40,567 bases of DNA from Gemmatimonadaceae bacterium (GCA_033763905.1 JANRJP010000139.1:1-40567); one strand, 5' to 3'. Counted from the stretch's first letter, positions 17,321 to 27,345 are shown. Program-made: numbers and translations. The notes: generated from the letters alone by a model not told the origin.

Positions 17321-19851
17321 GGGGGTGCGGCGAGGGGATCATCGGGCCAGGCGTGCTTGGGGTACCGTCCTCGCAGGTCCTTCCGCACGTCGAAGTAGCT
17401 CGTGCGCCAGAAGCCGGCGAGGTCGCGCGTGACCTGCACCGGTCGACGCGCCGGCGACAGCAGATGCAGCAGCACCGGCACGCGGCCCTCGCCCACCGTC
17501 GGCGTGTCGGTCTGTCCGAAGAGCTCCTGGAGCCTCACGGCCAGCACCGGCTGCGCGGGATCCGAGTAGTCGACCGCGATGCGCGAGCCGCTCGCCACCT
17601 CGAGGTGCGTCGGCGCCAGCGTGTCGAGCCGGCGAACGACATCCCACGGCACGCGGGCACGCAGCGCATCGGCCCACGGAATGCGGCCAAGCTCATCGAA
17701 CGTCCGGGCGTCCCCGACGAACGGCGCCAACCAGTCGTCGAGCGTGGCGAGGAGCGCCGCGTCCGCCACATCGGGCCAGGCACCCCCTTCGAGCTGATGC
17801 GCGAACGCGAGCCGTTCCCGCAACCGTTGCGCGCCGTCGGGCCACGGCCACCGCGCCACGCCGCGTGCGCGCAGGGCGCCAAGCAGCGCGGTCACGCGGA
17901 GCGCCGGCGGAATCGGCGAGAGCGTGCGCTCGCGCAGGACCAGCGCGCCGAGGCGCTCGACATCGCGCCCCGTGACGCGTCCCGCGGCATCGTCCCACAC
18001 GACGTCGCGATGCGTCGTGATCAGGTCCGCGTGATGCGTGCGAATCGCGGCGTCATCGACCGGGGCGGCCAAGTACACCGTGGCCTCCTCGCGGCGGCCA
18101 TCGGTTTCGGCGACCACCAGCCATTCCGCGTCGGCGAGGGGGTCGTCGGGCGGCAAGGCCACGCCGCCGCCGCTGCTCAGGAGATACCGCCCACGCTGCT
18201 CGCTGCGCCGTCGCGCAATGCGATCGGGGTAGGCGAGCGCGAGCAGATCGCCGACGGCGTCGATGTCCGCGTCGGCATCGCCGCCGCGCGGACGTGGCGC
18301 GTCGCGATAGCCGGCGCTCTGACGAATGGCGCGCGCGGTCTCACGCAGCCGCGCAAGCTGGTCGTGGTCCACGCGGAGCCGCAGCGCGCTGACGTGCGCG
18401 GCGTCACCGGTGCGGCGCAGCGCTTCCAGCCGCAGGCGGATATCAGCGGGCGCGCGGCCGGGGCCATCGTCGCGCCGAATCGGATCGCGATCGTCCAGTA
18501 GCGCGGCGAGATCGGCGGCGAGTGGCCCCTGCCCCATCGCGATGCCGGCCAAGACGAGATGGGACAGGCGGGGATGCAACCCCAGCGCGGACATCGCGCG
18601 CCCGTGGGCCGTCAGCGCACCGGCGGCATCGAGCGCGCCGAGCCGTCCGAGCAGCTGTCGCGCATCGGCGAAGGCCGCTGCCGGCGGCGCGTCCACCCAC
18701 GACAGCGTGGCGGGATCGTGAATACCAAGGACCGCGAGGTCGAGCGCCAGGCCTGCCAGATCCGCGTCGCGAATCTCGGGGACCGTCACCGCGGCGAGGG
18801 CCGGTTCCTCGTAGTCGGCCCAGCACCGCCAGCAGATCCCCGGCGCCACACGTCCCGCACGTCCGCGCCGCTGATCGGCCGAGGGGCGAGGGACGCGAAT
18901 GGTCTCGAGTCGCGTCATTCCCGTCGCCGGACTGTAGCGCGGCACACGCGCGAGACCGGCGTCGACGACGATGCGCACGCCTTCGATCGTCAGCGAGGTC
19001 TCGGCGATGCTGGTCGACAGCACGACTTTGCGGCGACCGGCCGGTGCTGGAGCGATGGCGCGGTCCTGTGCGTCCCCGTCGAGCGCCCCGAAGAGCGGCA
19101 GGACCTCGGTGCCCGGGGGCAGCGGGCCCTCGGCCAGAGCGCGCGCGACCCGATGGATCTCCGGCGCACCCGGGAGAAAGACGAGCGCGTCACCGTCGCG
19201 CTCGCGCAGGGCGTCGCGCACCACGGCGGCTACGTGACCCTCCACGCGCTGCTGCGGTCGCGGTGCGACCCACCGCGTCTCGACGGGAAAGCTCAACCCC
19301 GCACTCTCCACCACCGGCGCGGGGCCCTCCGCATCACCCAGCGCAGTCGCCATCGCGGCGGCATCGAGCGTGGCGGACATCACGACCACCTTGAGTTCGG
19401 GACGCAGCAGTTCGCGTGTCTGCCGCACGAGCGCGAGCCCGAGGTCGGCCGCGAGATGCCGCTCGTGGAACTCGTCGAAGATCACCGCCGAGATCCCGTC
19501 GAGCACCGGGTCGTCCTGCACCATCCGCGTCAGAATCCCCTCGGTCACGACTTCGATCACGGTGTCCCGCGAGACCTTGGTATCGCGGCGCATCCGCCAG
19601 CCGACGAGTCCACCCACCGCCTCGCCGAGCTCCGCCGCGATGCGCCGCGCGGCCGCCCGTGCCGCGAGTCGGCGAGGCTCGAGCATCACGATCCGGCCGC
19701 CCGCCCGCCACGGGGCCGACAGCAGCGCCGGCGGCACCCGGGTGGTCTTGCCGGCACCGGGCGGCGCCACCAACACGACCGCCCCGCGCGCGTCGAGGGC
19801 CTGCCGAAGGGCCGGTAGCGCGTCGTCGATCGGGAGCGGATTCGGTCGCAT
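17299..19851 (-). CDS. hrpB: ATP-dependent DEAH-box RNA helicase HrpB
   Basis: APPGAGKTT, LEPRRLAAR, DEFHER, MSAT, TSIAETSLTI, QRRGRAGR and C-terminal LSPARRPVQVTRDLAGFW...GRYPKHAWPDDP. Confidence 0.96.
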   Translation of the reverse strand: MRPNPLPIDDALPALRQALDARGAVVLVAPPGAGKTTRVPPALLSAPWRAGGRIVMLEPRRLAARAAARRIAAELGEAVGGLVGWRMRRDTKVSRDTVIEVVTEGILTRMVQDDPVLDGISAVIFDEFHERHLAADLGLALVRQTRELLRPELKVVVMSATLDAAAMATALGDAEGPAPVVESAGLSFPVETRWVAPRPQQRVEGHVAAVVRDALRERDGDALVFLPGAPEIHRVARALAEGPLPPGTEVLPLFGALDGDAQDRAIAPAPAGRRKVVLSTSIAETSLTIEGVRIVVDAGLARVPRYSPATGMTRLETIRVPRPSADQRRGRAGRVAPGICWRCWADYEEPALAAVTVPEIRDADLAGLALDLAVLGIHDPATLSWVDAPPAAAFADARQLLGRLGALDAAGALTAHGRAMSALGLHPRLSHLVLAGIAMGQGPLAADLAALLDDRDPIRRDDGPGRAPADIRLRLEALRRTGDAAHVSALRLRVDHDQLARLRETARAIRQSAGYRDAPRPRGGDADADIDAVGDLLALAYPDRIARRRSEQRGRYLLSSGGGVALPPDDPLADAEWLVVAETDGRREEATVYLAAPVDDAAIRTHHADLITTHRDVVWDDAAGRVTGRDVERLGALVLRERTLSPIPPALRVTALLGALRARGVARWPWPDGAQRLRERLAFAHQLEGGAWPDVADAALLATLDDWLAPFVGDARTFDELGRIPWADALRARVPWDVVRRLDTLAPTHLEVASGSRIAVDYSDPAQPVLAVRLQELFGQTDTPTVGEGRVPVLLHLLSPARRPVQVTRDLAGFWRTSYFDVRKDLRGRYPKHAWPDDPLAAPPTRRTLR

Positions 19852-19900
19852 CGACCGAATGCTAGTGGCGGTGCGGGATGGTACGGATACCTTTCCACCC

Positions 19901-20299
19901 GTGCCGGATGCTGCTGTGAAGCCCAAAGTGCTGTTGGTCGACGATGAAACCGCCGTGCTGTCGGTGAATCGCCGCCTGATTGAGCATTTAGGCTACGATG
20001 TCGAATCTTTTGACGATCCGCTGGCAGCGCTGACGGCGTTCTCGCGAAATCCGGATCGGTTCACCGCCGCCATTCTCGACGTGATGACCCCCGGCATGCC
20101 GGGCCACGAGCTGGGCCGGCGTCTGCGGGAAATGCGACCCGACATTCCGGTGCTGCTCGCGACCGGATTCAGCGAACTGCTGCCCGCGGACGTCGCGTCG
20201 GTCCTCAAGCCGACGGCCATTCTGCACAAGCCGATCCCGCTCGACGTGCTGCGCAGCGCGCTCGAGAACCTGGCACCGCCTCGCCGTCCGCACGGATGA
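19901..20299 (+). CDS. Single-domain response regulator (receiver)
   Basis: [32 protein letters not shown] sits 7 nt before the GTG. Confidence 0.88.
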   Translation: MPDAAVKPKVLLVDDETAVLSVNRRLIEHLGYDVESFDDPLAALTAFSRNPDRFTAAILDVMTPGMPGHELGRRLREMRPDIPVLLATGFSELLPADVASVLKPTAILHKPIPLDVLRSALENLAPPRRPHG

Positions 20300-20943
20300 G
20301 CATCGCCGATCTGCGTCGCGAGTACGCCCGCGCCTCGCTCGACATCACCAGCACCGACGCGGATCCCTTCGTCCAGTTCGGGCGCTGGTTCGACGAAGCG
20401 CGTGCCGCCAACGTGCCGGAGCCCAACGCGATGACACTCGCCACGGTTGGCGCCGACGGCTGGCCGAGCGCGCGCATCGTCCTGCTCAAGGGGGCGGACG
20501 ATCGAGGCTTCGTGTTCTTCACCGACTACCGCAGCCGCAAGGGTCGCGATCTGGCTGCCGTGCCGCGCGCCGCGCTCGTGTTCACGTGGCACGAACTCGA
20601 ACGCCAAGTGCGCATCGTCGGTGGCGTCGAGCGCATCTCGCGAGAGGAGAGCGCGACGTACTTCCACTCGCGCCCCCGCGGCAGCCGCATCGGGGCGCAC
20701 GTGTCGCACCAGTCATCGGTCCTGAGCTCGCGCGACGAGCTCGATGCAGCCGAAGCGGCAGCGACCGCGCGCTTCGCCGAGAGCGATCCGCCGCTACCCG
20801 ACCACTGGGGTGGCTACCGCGTGCTGCCGCACGAGTTCGAATTCTGGCAGGGCCGGCCGAGCCGCCTCCACGACCGCATCGCCTACACGCAGGAGCTGTC
20901 CGACGGCACCGTGCGCTGGGTACGCGCTCGGCTCTCGCCGTAG
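20296..20943 (+). CDS. pdxH: Pyridoxamine/pyridoxine 5'-phosphate oxidase
   Basis: [54 protein letters not shown]. Confidence 0.97.
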   Translation: MSIADLRREYARASLDITSTDADPFVQFGRWFDEARAANVPEPNAMTLATVGADGWPSARIVLLKGADDRGFVFFTDYRSRKGRDLAAVPRAALVFTWHELERQVRIVGGVERISREESATYFHSRPRGSRIGAHVSHQSSVLSSRDELDAAEAAATARFAESDPPLPDHWGGYRVLPHEFEFWQGRPSRLHDRIAYTQELSDGTVRWVRARLSP

Positions 20944-20953
20944 CGTCCGTCGA

Positions 20954-21805
20954 TCAGCCGTGGGCCGCGCGATCCGCGTCGGCCAGTTGCTGAATCCGCT
21001 GCATCACCTGCGTCCCGACGCCGACCCAGTTTCGCGCGCGCGACGGCAGGCCCGCGAAGGCCGCGCGGTCGATCGGCGCCCCGACGTGAATGCGCACTCG
21101 CGCGCCGGACCGCCCGGCGCGCCGCTGCGCGAGATACGAGTTGCCAAGCCCCGCAATGAACACCGGGATCGCCTGTACGTCCGTCTCCATCAGGAGTCGA
21201 CCGGTGCCCGGTTGTGCCGGCAACAGATGCCACGGATCGGGGTTCGTGTTGCGCGTGCCTTCCGGATGCAGTCCGACCACGCGGCCGGCACCGGTGGTGC
21301 ACCACCCCTGCAACACGTCGAGCGCCCACGCGTCGAGTGCCGCGTGCGCGGGATCCCGAAAGAAGGGCGGAAACGCCGCGAAGCCCGCGCCGAGCGCATT
21401 CGTGACGGCGCCGCCCACGTCGTGATAGCAATACGACGCCTTGATCGGGAAATGCATCTGCCGCACCCACGGCGCACGCTCCAGCATCACCGTCGAGAGC
21501 ACGAAGAAGTCGAAGTACGATCGGTGATTCGCCAGCAGCAACAGCGGTCGTGCGTGATCGGCGGCGGCGATGTGCTCCCATCCCGTCACGAGCGCGGGCC
21601 GCGCCAGCATCACGCGAACCGCGCGGGCCCCGAAGTGCTTGCGCCACGACCACCACGCCGCGTGACGCCAGCCGACCTGCTGACGCGCCGACAGCGCGAG
21701 CAGACGCCGCTGGAGCGGCGTGAGCGACGCCAGCGCCTCGGCTGGTGGCAGCGGTGCATCGAGGGGGCGCGATTCGCGCGCCGCTGCTGCGGCGGTGCCG
21801 GTCAC
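20954..21805 (-). CDS. Lysophospholipid acyltransferase (PlsC-like)
   Basis: ANHRSYFD (HxxxxD) and HPEGTR motifs; start uncertain. Confidence 0.85.
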   Translation of the reverse strand: MTGTAAAAARESRPLDAPLPPAEALASLTPLQRRLLALSARQQVGWRHAAWWSWRKHFGARAVRVMLARPALVTGWEHIAAADHARPLLLLANHRSYFDFFVLSTVMLERAPWVRQMHFPIKASYCYHDVGGAVTNALGAGFAAFPPFFRDPAHAALDAWALDVLQGWCTTGAGRVVGLHPEGTRNTNPDPWHLLPAQPGTGRLLMETDVQAIPVFIAGLGNSYLAQRRAGRSGARVRIHVGAPIDRAAFAGLPSRARNWVGVGTQVMQRIQQLADADRAAHG

Positions 21806-21840
21806 GGAACCACCGCCGCCCGCTGGGCATTCGCCGCGTG

Positions 21841-22587
21841 ATGAATCACACTGCCCATCTCATTCTTGGCGGCGCGGGCGGCATTGGCGCCGCGACCGCC
21901 CGCATCCTCGTTGCCAGCGGCGCCCGCGTGATGCTCGCGGGTCGCTCCGCCGATGCGCTTGCTGCGGTCGCGACCGCCCTTGGTCCGAACGCTGCGACTT
22001 GCGTGACCGACGCCACGGATGCCGCGGCAGTCGATGCGGCCGTCGAGGCCACCAAGACGGCCTTCGGCCGTCTGGACGGCGTGGCCAACTGCGTCGGCTC
22101 GATCGTCCTCAAGCCAGCGCACCTCACCAAGCCCGACGAGTTCGACGCCGTGCTCCGCGTGAACTTGGTGACCGCGTTCAACGCCGTACGCAGCGCCGCC
22201 CGCGCGATGAGCGGCTCCGGTGGCGGGGCGATCGTGCTGGTCAGCTCGGCGGCGGCGCGGATCGGGCTCGCGAATCACGAGGCGATCGCGGCTGCGAAGG
22301 CCGGCATCGAAGGCTTGGCGCGCTCGGCGTCAGCCACGTACGCGGCCAAGCAGATTCGAGTGAACGTCGTGGCCCCCGGCCTGGTCCGCACGCCGTTGGC
22401 CGCGCGCATCACCGGCACGCCGGCGGCGGAGCAGGCGTCGCTGGCACTCCACCCGCTCGGGCGCCTGGGGGAGGGCGATGACGTCGCGCGGGCGATCGCC
22501 TTCCTGCTCGATCCTGCAAACGCGTGGACCACCGGACAGGTGCTTGGGGTAGACGGGGGGTTGGGGCACCTCAAGGTGCCGCGCTGA
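21841..22587 (+). CDS. SDR family oxidoreductase with atypical active site
   Basis: GGAGGIG, VNL, LVSSAAA, HEAIAAAK in place of YxxxK, IRVNVVAPG, TGQVLGVDGG. Confidence 0.9.
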   Translation: MNHTAHLILGGAGGIGAATARILVASGARVMLAGRSADALAAVATALGPNAATCVTDATDAAAVDAAVEATKTAFGRLDGVANCVGSIVLKPAHLTKPDEFDAVLRVNLVTAFNAVRSAARAMSGSGGGAIVLVSSAAARIGLANHEAIAAAKAGIEGLARSASATYAAKQIRVNVVAPGLVRTPLAARITGTPAAEQASLALHPLGRLGEGDDVARAIAFLLDPANAWTTGQVLGVDGGLGHLKVPR

Positions 22588-22657
22588 GTCGTTGAGGCGG
22601 TACACCGAATCCGCCCTCGTTGCTCCAGCGGTTGCGCTACCCGTACGTTACTGCACT

Positions 22658-23806
22658 GTGCGTTCCTTCCGGCAGTTCCTGACGCTGCTCTGCGCGGCGC
22701 TCTTCTCCGGCGCCTGCGTCGAGGGGGCGGACCGCATGCTGGAAGTGACGCCGGATGCCGATTCGGTGGTCGTCGTCGCGGGGAGCGGGCAGACCGCTTT
22801 CGTGCGTAGCCCCGTGCCGGACCCACCGGTGGTGGTCGTCAAGGATGCGCGCGGGTTCAACATTCCCGATGCCGTGGTGACCTTCCGGCCGGGCGCCGGG
22901 AGTGGTCGAGTCGACGGCGGCACGGTGCGGACCGACGCCGATGGGCGCGCGAGCCCAGGCCGGTGGACCGTCGGATCGGAAGCGGGTGTCGACACCCTCT
23001 GGGCTAGCGTGGTCGGCACACCGGGCGTCACCGGCACGCGCGCACCCATTCTGGCGTCAGTGATCGATCCCTGCCTGATCGCGGACCCGTACACGGTCGG
23101 CGACAGCATCACCGGCTCGCTCGCCGGCGCCGGATGCCTTGCCTTCGACGAGCATGTCGTCAAGCCGTACCGCGTGACGATCCCGGGCGGGATCTACCAG
23201 TTCCGCGCGCGCACGACCGGGACGGTGCCCTGGCTCGACGTCGTTCGCGACGATGGGTTCCCGTTCGCGCTGGCTGACGGCGGCTCAGGGTTCCTGGCGC
23301 CGCTCACGGTGGCGTTGGGTGCCGGCACGTACTACGTACGGCCCGGCGCCGCGGGACGTCTCACGTACAACGGCACGTTCTCGCTGGCCTCGCAGGCCGT
23401 GACGATCCCCAACAGCTGTCCCGGCACGCCGCTGGCCTATCTCGGCATCGGTGGCGTCATCCCGGGCGCGCTGGGCACCGGCGACTGCACGTTTTCGCTG
23501 AACCTGGGAACGGTCTTCAACGGACAGACCACCGGGGATCTCTACGCGGTCAACATTCCGCCGACGGGCCAAATCGTCATTCGCCTGAGCTCGCTCTCGA
23601 CGGACGTGCTCCTGCTCGTGATTCGCGCGAACACGTCGACGATCAGTGCCTTCAACGACAATGGCGGCGGCGGCACCAACGCGCTGCTTTCGCTCAGTGC
23701 CGCACAGGCCGGGGCGCTGCAGGGGGGCGGTACGACCATCTGGGTGATGGCCACCAGCAAGGGCACCCGCGGCGACTACACGCTGTCGATCGATCCGTTG
23801 CCGTAG
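22658..23806 (+). CDS. Hypothetical lipoprotein with an Ig-like (Big_1-like) domain and PPC-like beta-sandwich domains
   Basis: Signal ending FSGA-C; AGSGQTA, VVVKDARG, RTDADGRA..W; two C...G..I.G.L...C repeats; NDNGGGGTNA; GDYTLSI. Confidence 0.7.
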   Translation: MRSFRQFLTLLCAALFSGACVEGADRMLEVTPDADSVVVVAGSGQTAFVRSPVPDPPVVVVKDARGFNIPDAVVTFRPGAGSGRVDGGTVRTDADGRASPGRWTVGSEAGVDTLWASVVGTPGVTGTRAPILASVIDPCLIADPYTVGDSITGSLAGAGCLAFDEHVVKPYRVTIPGGIYQFRARTTGTVPWLDVVRDDGFPFALADGGSGFLAPLTVALGAGTYYVRPGAAGRLTYNGTFSLASQAVTIPNSCPGTPLAYLGIGGVIPGALGTGDCTFSLNLGTVFNGQTTGDLYAVNIPPTGQIVIRLSSLSTDVLLLVIRANTSTISAFNDNGGGGTNALLSLSAAQAGALQGGGTTIWVMATSKGTRGDYTLSIDPLP

Positions 23807-23826
23807 CGGCGACGCGAGACGCGACG

Positions 23827-24822
23827 TCAGCTGCCGTAGATCGGCGCGTCGGATTCCAGTTCGTCGCGGAGTCGCAGGTAGCTATCGTAGCGTTCCGCGC
23901 TGATGTCGGTGCCCATCGCATCCCGCACGGCGCAGTCGGGCTCCGTCCGGTGCGCGCAATCCGCGAATCGACAGGCGAATGCGTGCGCGCGCACCTCGGG
24001 AAAACAGTCGCCGAGCGCGGTCGGCTCGATGCCCCAGGTCCCCACTTCACGGAGCCCCGGCGTATCGACGACGAAGCCGCCCGCCGGCAGCGGATGGAGG
24101 TACGCCCCCACGGTGGTGTGGCGGCCCTTGTTCACCGACTCCGAGATCTCGCCGGTGCGGAGCGTCAGCCCGGTGTAGAGCGCGTTCATCAGCGAACTCT
24201 TGCCGACGCCCGACGGCCCGGTGACGACGCTCGTGCGCTGATCGAGTGCGGCGCGCAACGCGTCGAGGCCGCGACCGCTCGTCGCACAGGTCAGATGGAG
24301 CGGATAGCCGATGCGCTCGTACTCGGCAAAGTGCTCGTGCACGGCCGCCTCGCCGCGTGGCGCGAGATCGATCTTGTTGATCACCACGCGCGCCCGCAGC
24401 TGGTTCGCCTCGGCAATCACCAGAAAGCGGTCGAGCATTCGCAGGTGCGGCTCGGGCTGCGCGGCGGCGAAGACGATCACGACTTGATCGATGTTGGCCG
24501 CGAGCACACGCTCTCCTTTGCGGCCACCGGGCTCGCGCCGCGCCAATTGCGAGACGCGCGGCAGGATCTCGGTGATCGTCCACGCGATCTGCTGCGCGTC
24601 GGGCTCGATGCGCACGCGATCACCGACCGTGAGCTTCCGCCACTCGTCAGACTTGGCGATGCGCGCCGCACCGCCGCGCTGCGTGCCTTTGCGCTCCTCC
24701 GCGCCCTTCTTGAGGCGCCCTCGAAGCGACACCTCACGCGACTCGCCGCGGTCCGTCTGCACGCGCCACACGCCGCCTGTCCCTTCCGTCACCACGGCCA
24801 ACTCCGACAGCGTGCGCGTCAT
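23827..24822 (-). CDS. rsgA: Ribosome small subunit-dependent GTPase A
   Basis: TVGDRV, AANIDQ, NKID, GPSGVGKSS, GRHTT, DTPG, CRFADCAHRTEPDC zinc site. Confidence 0.96.
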   Translation of the reverse strand: MTRTLSELAVVTEGTGGVWRVQTDRGESREVSLRGRLKKGAEERKGTQRGGAARIAKSDEWRKLTVGDRVRIEPDAQQIAWTITEILPRVSQLARREPGGRKGERVLAANIDQVVIVFAAAQPEPHLRMLDRFLVIAEANQLRARVVINKIDLAPRGEAAVHEHFAEYERIGYPLHLTCATSGRGLDALRAALDQRTSVVTGPSGVGKSSLMNALYTGLTLRTGEISESVNKGRHTTVGAYLHPLPAGGFVVDTPGLREVGTWGIEPTALGDCFPEVRAHAFACRFADCAHRTEPDCAVRDAMGTDISAERYDSYLRLRDELESDAPIYGS

Positions 24823-25208
24823 CCATCCTCGCGCATCACGTCCCACCAGCGACGGCCATCCACGGCCTGGCGCGCATCGGCCAGACAGCCCTCGAGCTCG
24901 TCGCGGATCTCGCCGAGCGTGAAGCCCGACAACGTGTCCAGCGCCTCCGCTTCCGTTGCGCCCCACGCGAGGTAGTCGGTCTCGAGGTGGCCTTCGACGC
25001 CTTGATCTCCCATTCGGCGCCAGCGCAAAAAGCAGCACCACGCCCCGAACGGCCGCGCAGGATCGCCGGTTGCGTCCGCGAGCAGCGCGACGCTGTAGGC
25101 CATTCCGTCGCTCCCCTCGAACGCCGCAGGGCGACCGTGCACCGCGGCGTATCCGCCGATGGTGTTCGCGTCGCCCTGCGTGTGATCCGCCGGTAGGAAC
25201 TGGGCCAT
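24819..25208 (-). CDS. Hypothetical protein (129 aa)
   Basis: MAQFLPADH...GGYAAVHGRPAAFEGSDG...GHLETDYL; starts 5 nt after the PRODH stop and overlaps rsgA by ATGA. Confidence 0.75.
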   Translation of the reverse strand: MAQFLPADHTQGDANTIGGYAAVHGRPAAFEGSDGMAYSVALLADATGDPARPFGAWCCFLRWRRMGDQGVEGHLETDYLAWGATEAEALDTLSGFTLGEIRDELEGCLADARQAVDGRRWWDVMREDG

Positions 25209-25213
25209 ACGCG

Positions 25214-26140
25214 CTAGGCGAACATCTCCTTGATCACGTTCCCGGTGATGAACGCCACGTTCGCCGGCCGCTCGGCCAGACGACGCATCAGGTACGGATA
25301 CCACTGCGTCCCGTACGGCACGTACACGCGCATCCGGTAGCCTTCCTTCACGAGCCCTTCCTGCAGATCGCGACGGACGCCGTAGAGCATCTGGAACTCG
25401 AACTTGTCCTTGGCGATGCCCTGCTGCTGCGCGAAGCGCTTGGCCTCGGCGATGATGCGCTCGTCGTGCGTCGCGAGTCCGGGGTAATTGCCGTGCTGCA
25501 TCAACTGGCGCATCGCGGCGATGTAGTTGTCGTCGACGTCGCCCTTCTCGGGGAACGCGACGGCGGCCGGCTCCTGATACGCCCCCTTGCAGATGCGCAC
25601 CCGCGCCTTGAGCCGGTTGGCGAGTTCGACATCGGTCATCGTCCGACGCAGATAGCTCTGCAACACGATCCCGACGTAGGGCTCGAACCCGGGATACAAC
25701 TTGTCCTCGAACATCCGGAGCGTGCGCTCCGTATACGCGCTCGACTCCATATCGAGCCGGACGAACGTCCCGTATTGCTTGGCCTTCTCGAGGATCTGGC
25801 GGACGATCTTCACGCAGAGATCATCCGACAAATCCATTCCCATTGCCGTCAGCTTGAGGCTGACGTTCGCGTCGAGCTTTCGCGCGTTGATCTCGTCCAG
25901 CAGCCGCAGATACTCGGCCTGCGCGGCGAACGCTTCCGATTCGTTCGTCGTGGACTCACCCAGCAGATCGAGGGTGGCGCTGATCCCCTTGCTGTTCAGG
26001 TCCTTCACCGCCGCCATCGCGGTCTCGATCGTCTCGCCCGCCACGAAGCGGTTGGCAAAGGACTGCGCCAGCCCGTTTGACCGGACGAACTTGAAGATCT
26101 GCGGCTGCTGCGACAGGTACAGGAAGGTGCTGCGGAGCAT
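25214..26140 (-). CDS. Monofunctional proline dehydrogenase
   Basis: RFVAGE, DLLGE, SLKLT, RLDME, LQSYLRRT, RICKGAY, ATHD, FQMLYG, YVPYG, YLMRRLAERPAN. Confidence 0.96.
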   Translation of the reverse strand: MLRSTFLYLSQQPQIFKFVRSNGLAQSFANRFVAGETIETAMAAVKDLNSKGISATLDLLGESTTNESEAFAAQAEYLRLLDEINARKLDANVSLKLTAMGMDLSDDLCVKIVRQILEKAKQYGTFVRLDMESSAYTERTLRMFEDKLYPGFEPYVGIVLQSYLRRTMTDVELANRLKARVRICKGAYQEPAAVAFPEKGDVDDNYIAAMRQLMQHGNYPGLATHDERIIAEAKRFAQQQGIAKDKFEFQMLYGVRRDLQEGLVKEGYRMRVYVPYGTQWYPYLMRRLAERPANVAFITGNVIKEMFA

Positions 26141-26269
26141 CTCACACGCGGCTACGGGGTAGAACAGGGCCGAGGCAGGCCCGCTGGTCCCGACACTCGG
26201 GACCCGTGGAATCTAGCGAAGCCGCTGACACTTGGCGGATCGGTGCCCGCGCCACACCTTTGAGACTGA

Positions 26270-26776
26270 ATGTCCGAACCTCAGCCGCCACGGCGCAGCA
26301 CCGTCTCGCGTCCCGCCACCCCCGCCGCTGGGGGCCCGGGGCTGAACTGGCTGCCCCCCGAGCAGAGCGGGCCGCCGCTGCCGCGCGTGCGCTCCCAGCG
26401 CCGGGCCGCATTCCGTGTGCCCCCTTGGCTGGCCATCGTCACGCTCCTCGCCGGGTTGGCGGCGGCCTGGATGGGGTACCGCGACCTCACGGTGGACGAC
26501 ACCGCCACGCCGGACCGCATCCGGATCGGCTCGGAGGTAGGCGCCGAGCTCGCCCGCACCGAAGTCCTGAAGTTCCGGCGCGCCCACGGCCGGTGGCCGG
26601 TCTCGCTGGGGGAAATCGGCATGGCCGGTTGGGGGCTCACCTACAAGGCCGACGACAACCAGTTCGAAGTCTTCGGGAGCGACGGCGCCGGCGGACAGGT
26701 GCGGCGGTCGGGGACCCTCGAAGACGTCGGCCCGCTCGACGCCTCGGCCACCACCAGCGACGGAGACCCCAAGTGA
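26270..26776 (+). CDS. Hypothetical single-pass membrane protein with a pseudopilin-like helix
   Basis: Pro-rich N-terminus, transmembrane WLAIVTLLAGLAAAW, then EVLKFRRAHGRWPVSLGEIG; GTGA overlap with the pilin gene. Confidence 0.6.
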   Translation: MSEPQPPRRSTVSRPATPAAGGPGLNWLPPEQSGPPLPRVRSQRRAAFRVPPWLAIVTLLAGLAAAWMGYRDLTVDDTATPDRIRIGSEVGAELARTEVLKFRRAHGRWPVSLGEIGMAGWGLTYKADDNQFEVFGSDGAGGQVRRSGTLEDVGPLDASATTSDGDPK

Positions 26777-27345
26777 AGCGCTCGCGGAAGGGATTCACGC
26801 TGATCGAAATGATCTTCGTGGTGGGGATCATTGCCGTCCTCGCCGGGTTCGCGATTCCTCGCTACCTCACCGTGCGTCGTCGCGCCGAAACGGTGAAGCT
26901 CACCGAGCTCGTGCAGCAGACGCGCGTCGCGGTGCTGAGCTATGAGTCGGACAACGGTGGGCAGTCCGACAACATCGAAATCGGGCCCGACGGCTCGGTC
27001 CCCGATGTGCTCGCGAAGTACATCGGGCCGAACGCGTTCGATGGCGCCCCCGGCGGCGTCCGCGTGTCGTACACGATGGTCGACGGCACTCCGCTCGGCT
27101 CACCCGGCCGTATGGTCCCCACGCTCGTGATGCGCGGGAATTCGTCGCCCGAAGCAGAGGCGCTGCTGCAGCAGTTCCTGCGCGACTACCAGGGCACCGC
27201 CGGCGGCTCGGCACGCTCGGCCGTCGTCGTGCCGCTCAATCTCGACGGCTCGGGGTCGTTTGCGACCGGCGGCACCAAGGGCGGCGGCACCGGTGGTGGC
27301 GGCACCGGCGGCGCCACGACGTTCCAGAAGACCGACAGTCTCTGA
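26773..27345 (+). CDS. Type IV pilin/pseudopilin with prepilin cleavage-methylation motif
   Basis: MKRSRKG|FTLIEMIFVVGIIAVLAGFAIP class III signal; Gly/Thr-rich tail. Confidence 0.9.
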   Translation: MKRSRKGFTLIEMIFVVGIIAVLAGFAIPRYLTVRRRAETVKLTELVQQTRVAVLSYESDNGGQSDNIEIGPDGSVPDVLAKYIGPNAFDGAPGGVRVSYTMVDGTPLGSPGRMVPTLVMRGNSSPEAEALLQQFLRDYQGTAGGSARSAVVVPLNLDGSGSFATGGTKGGGTGGGGTGGATTFQKTDSL

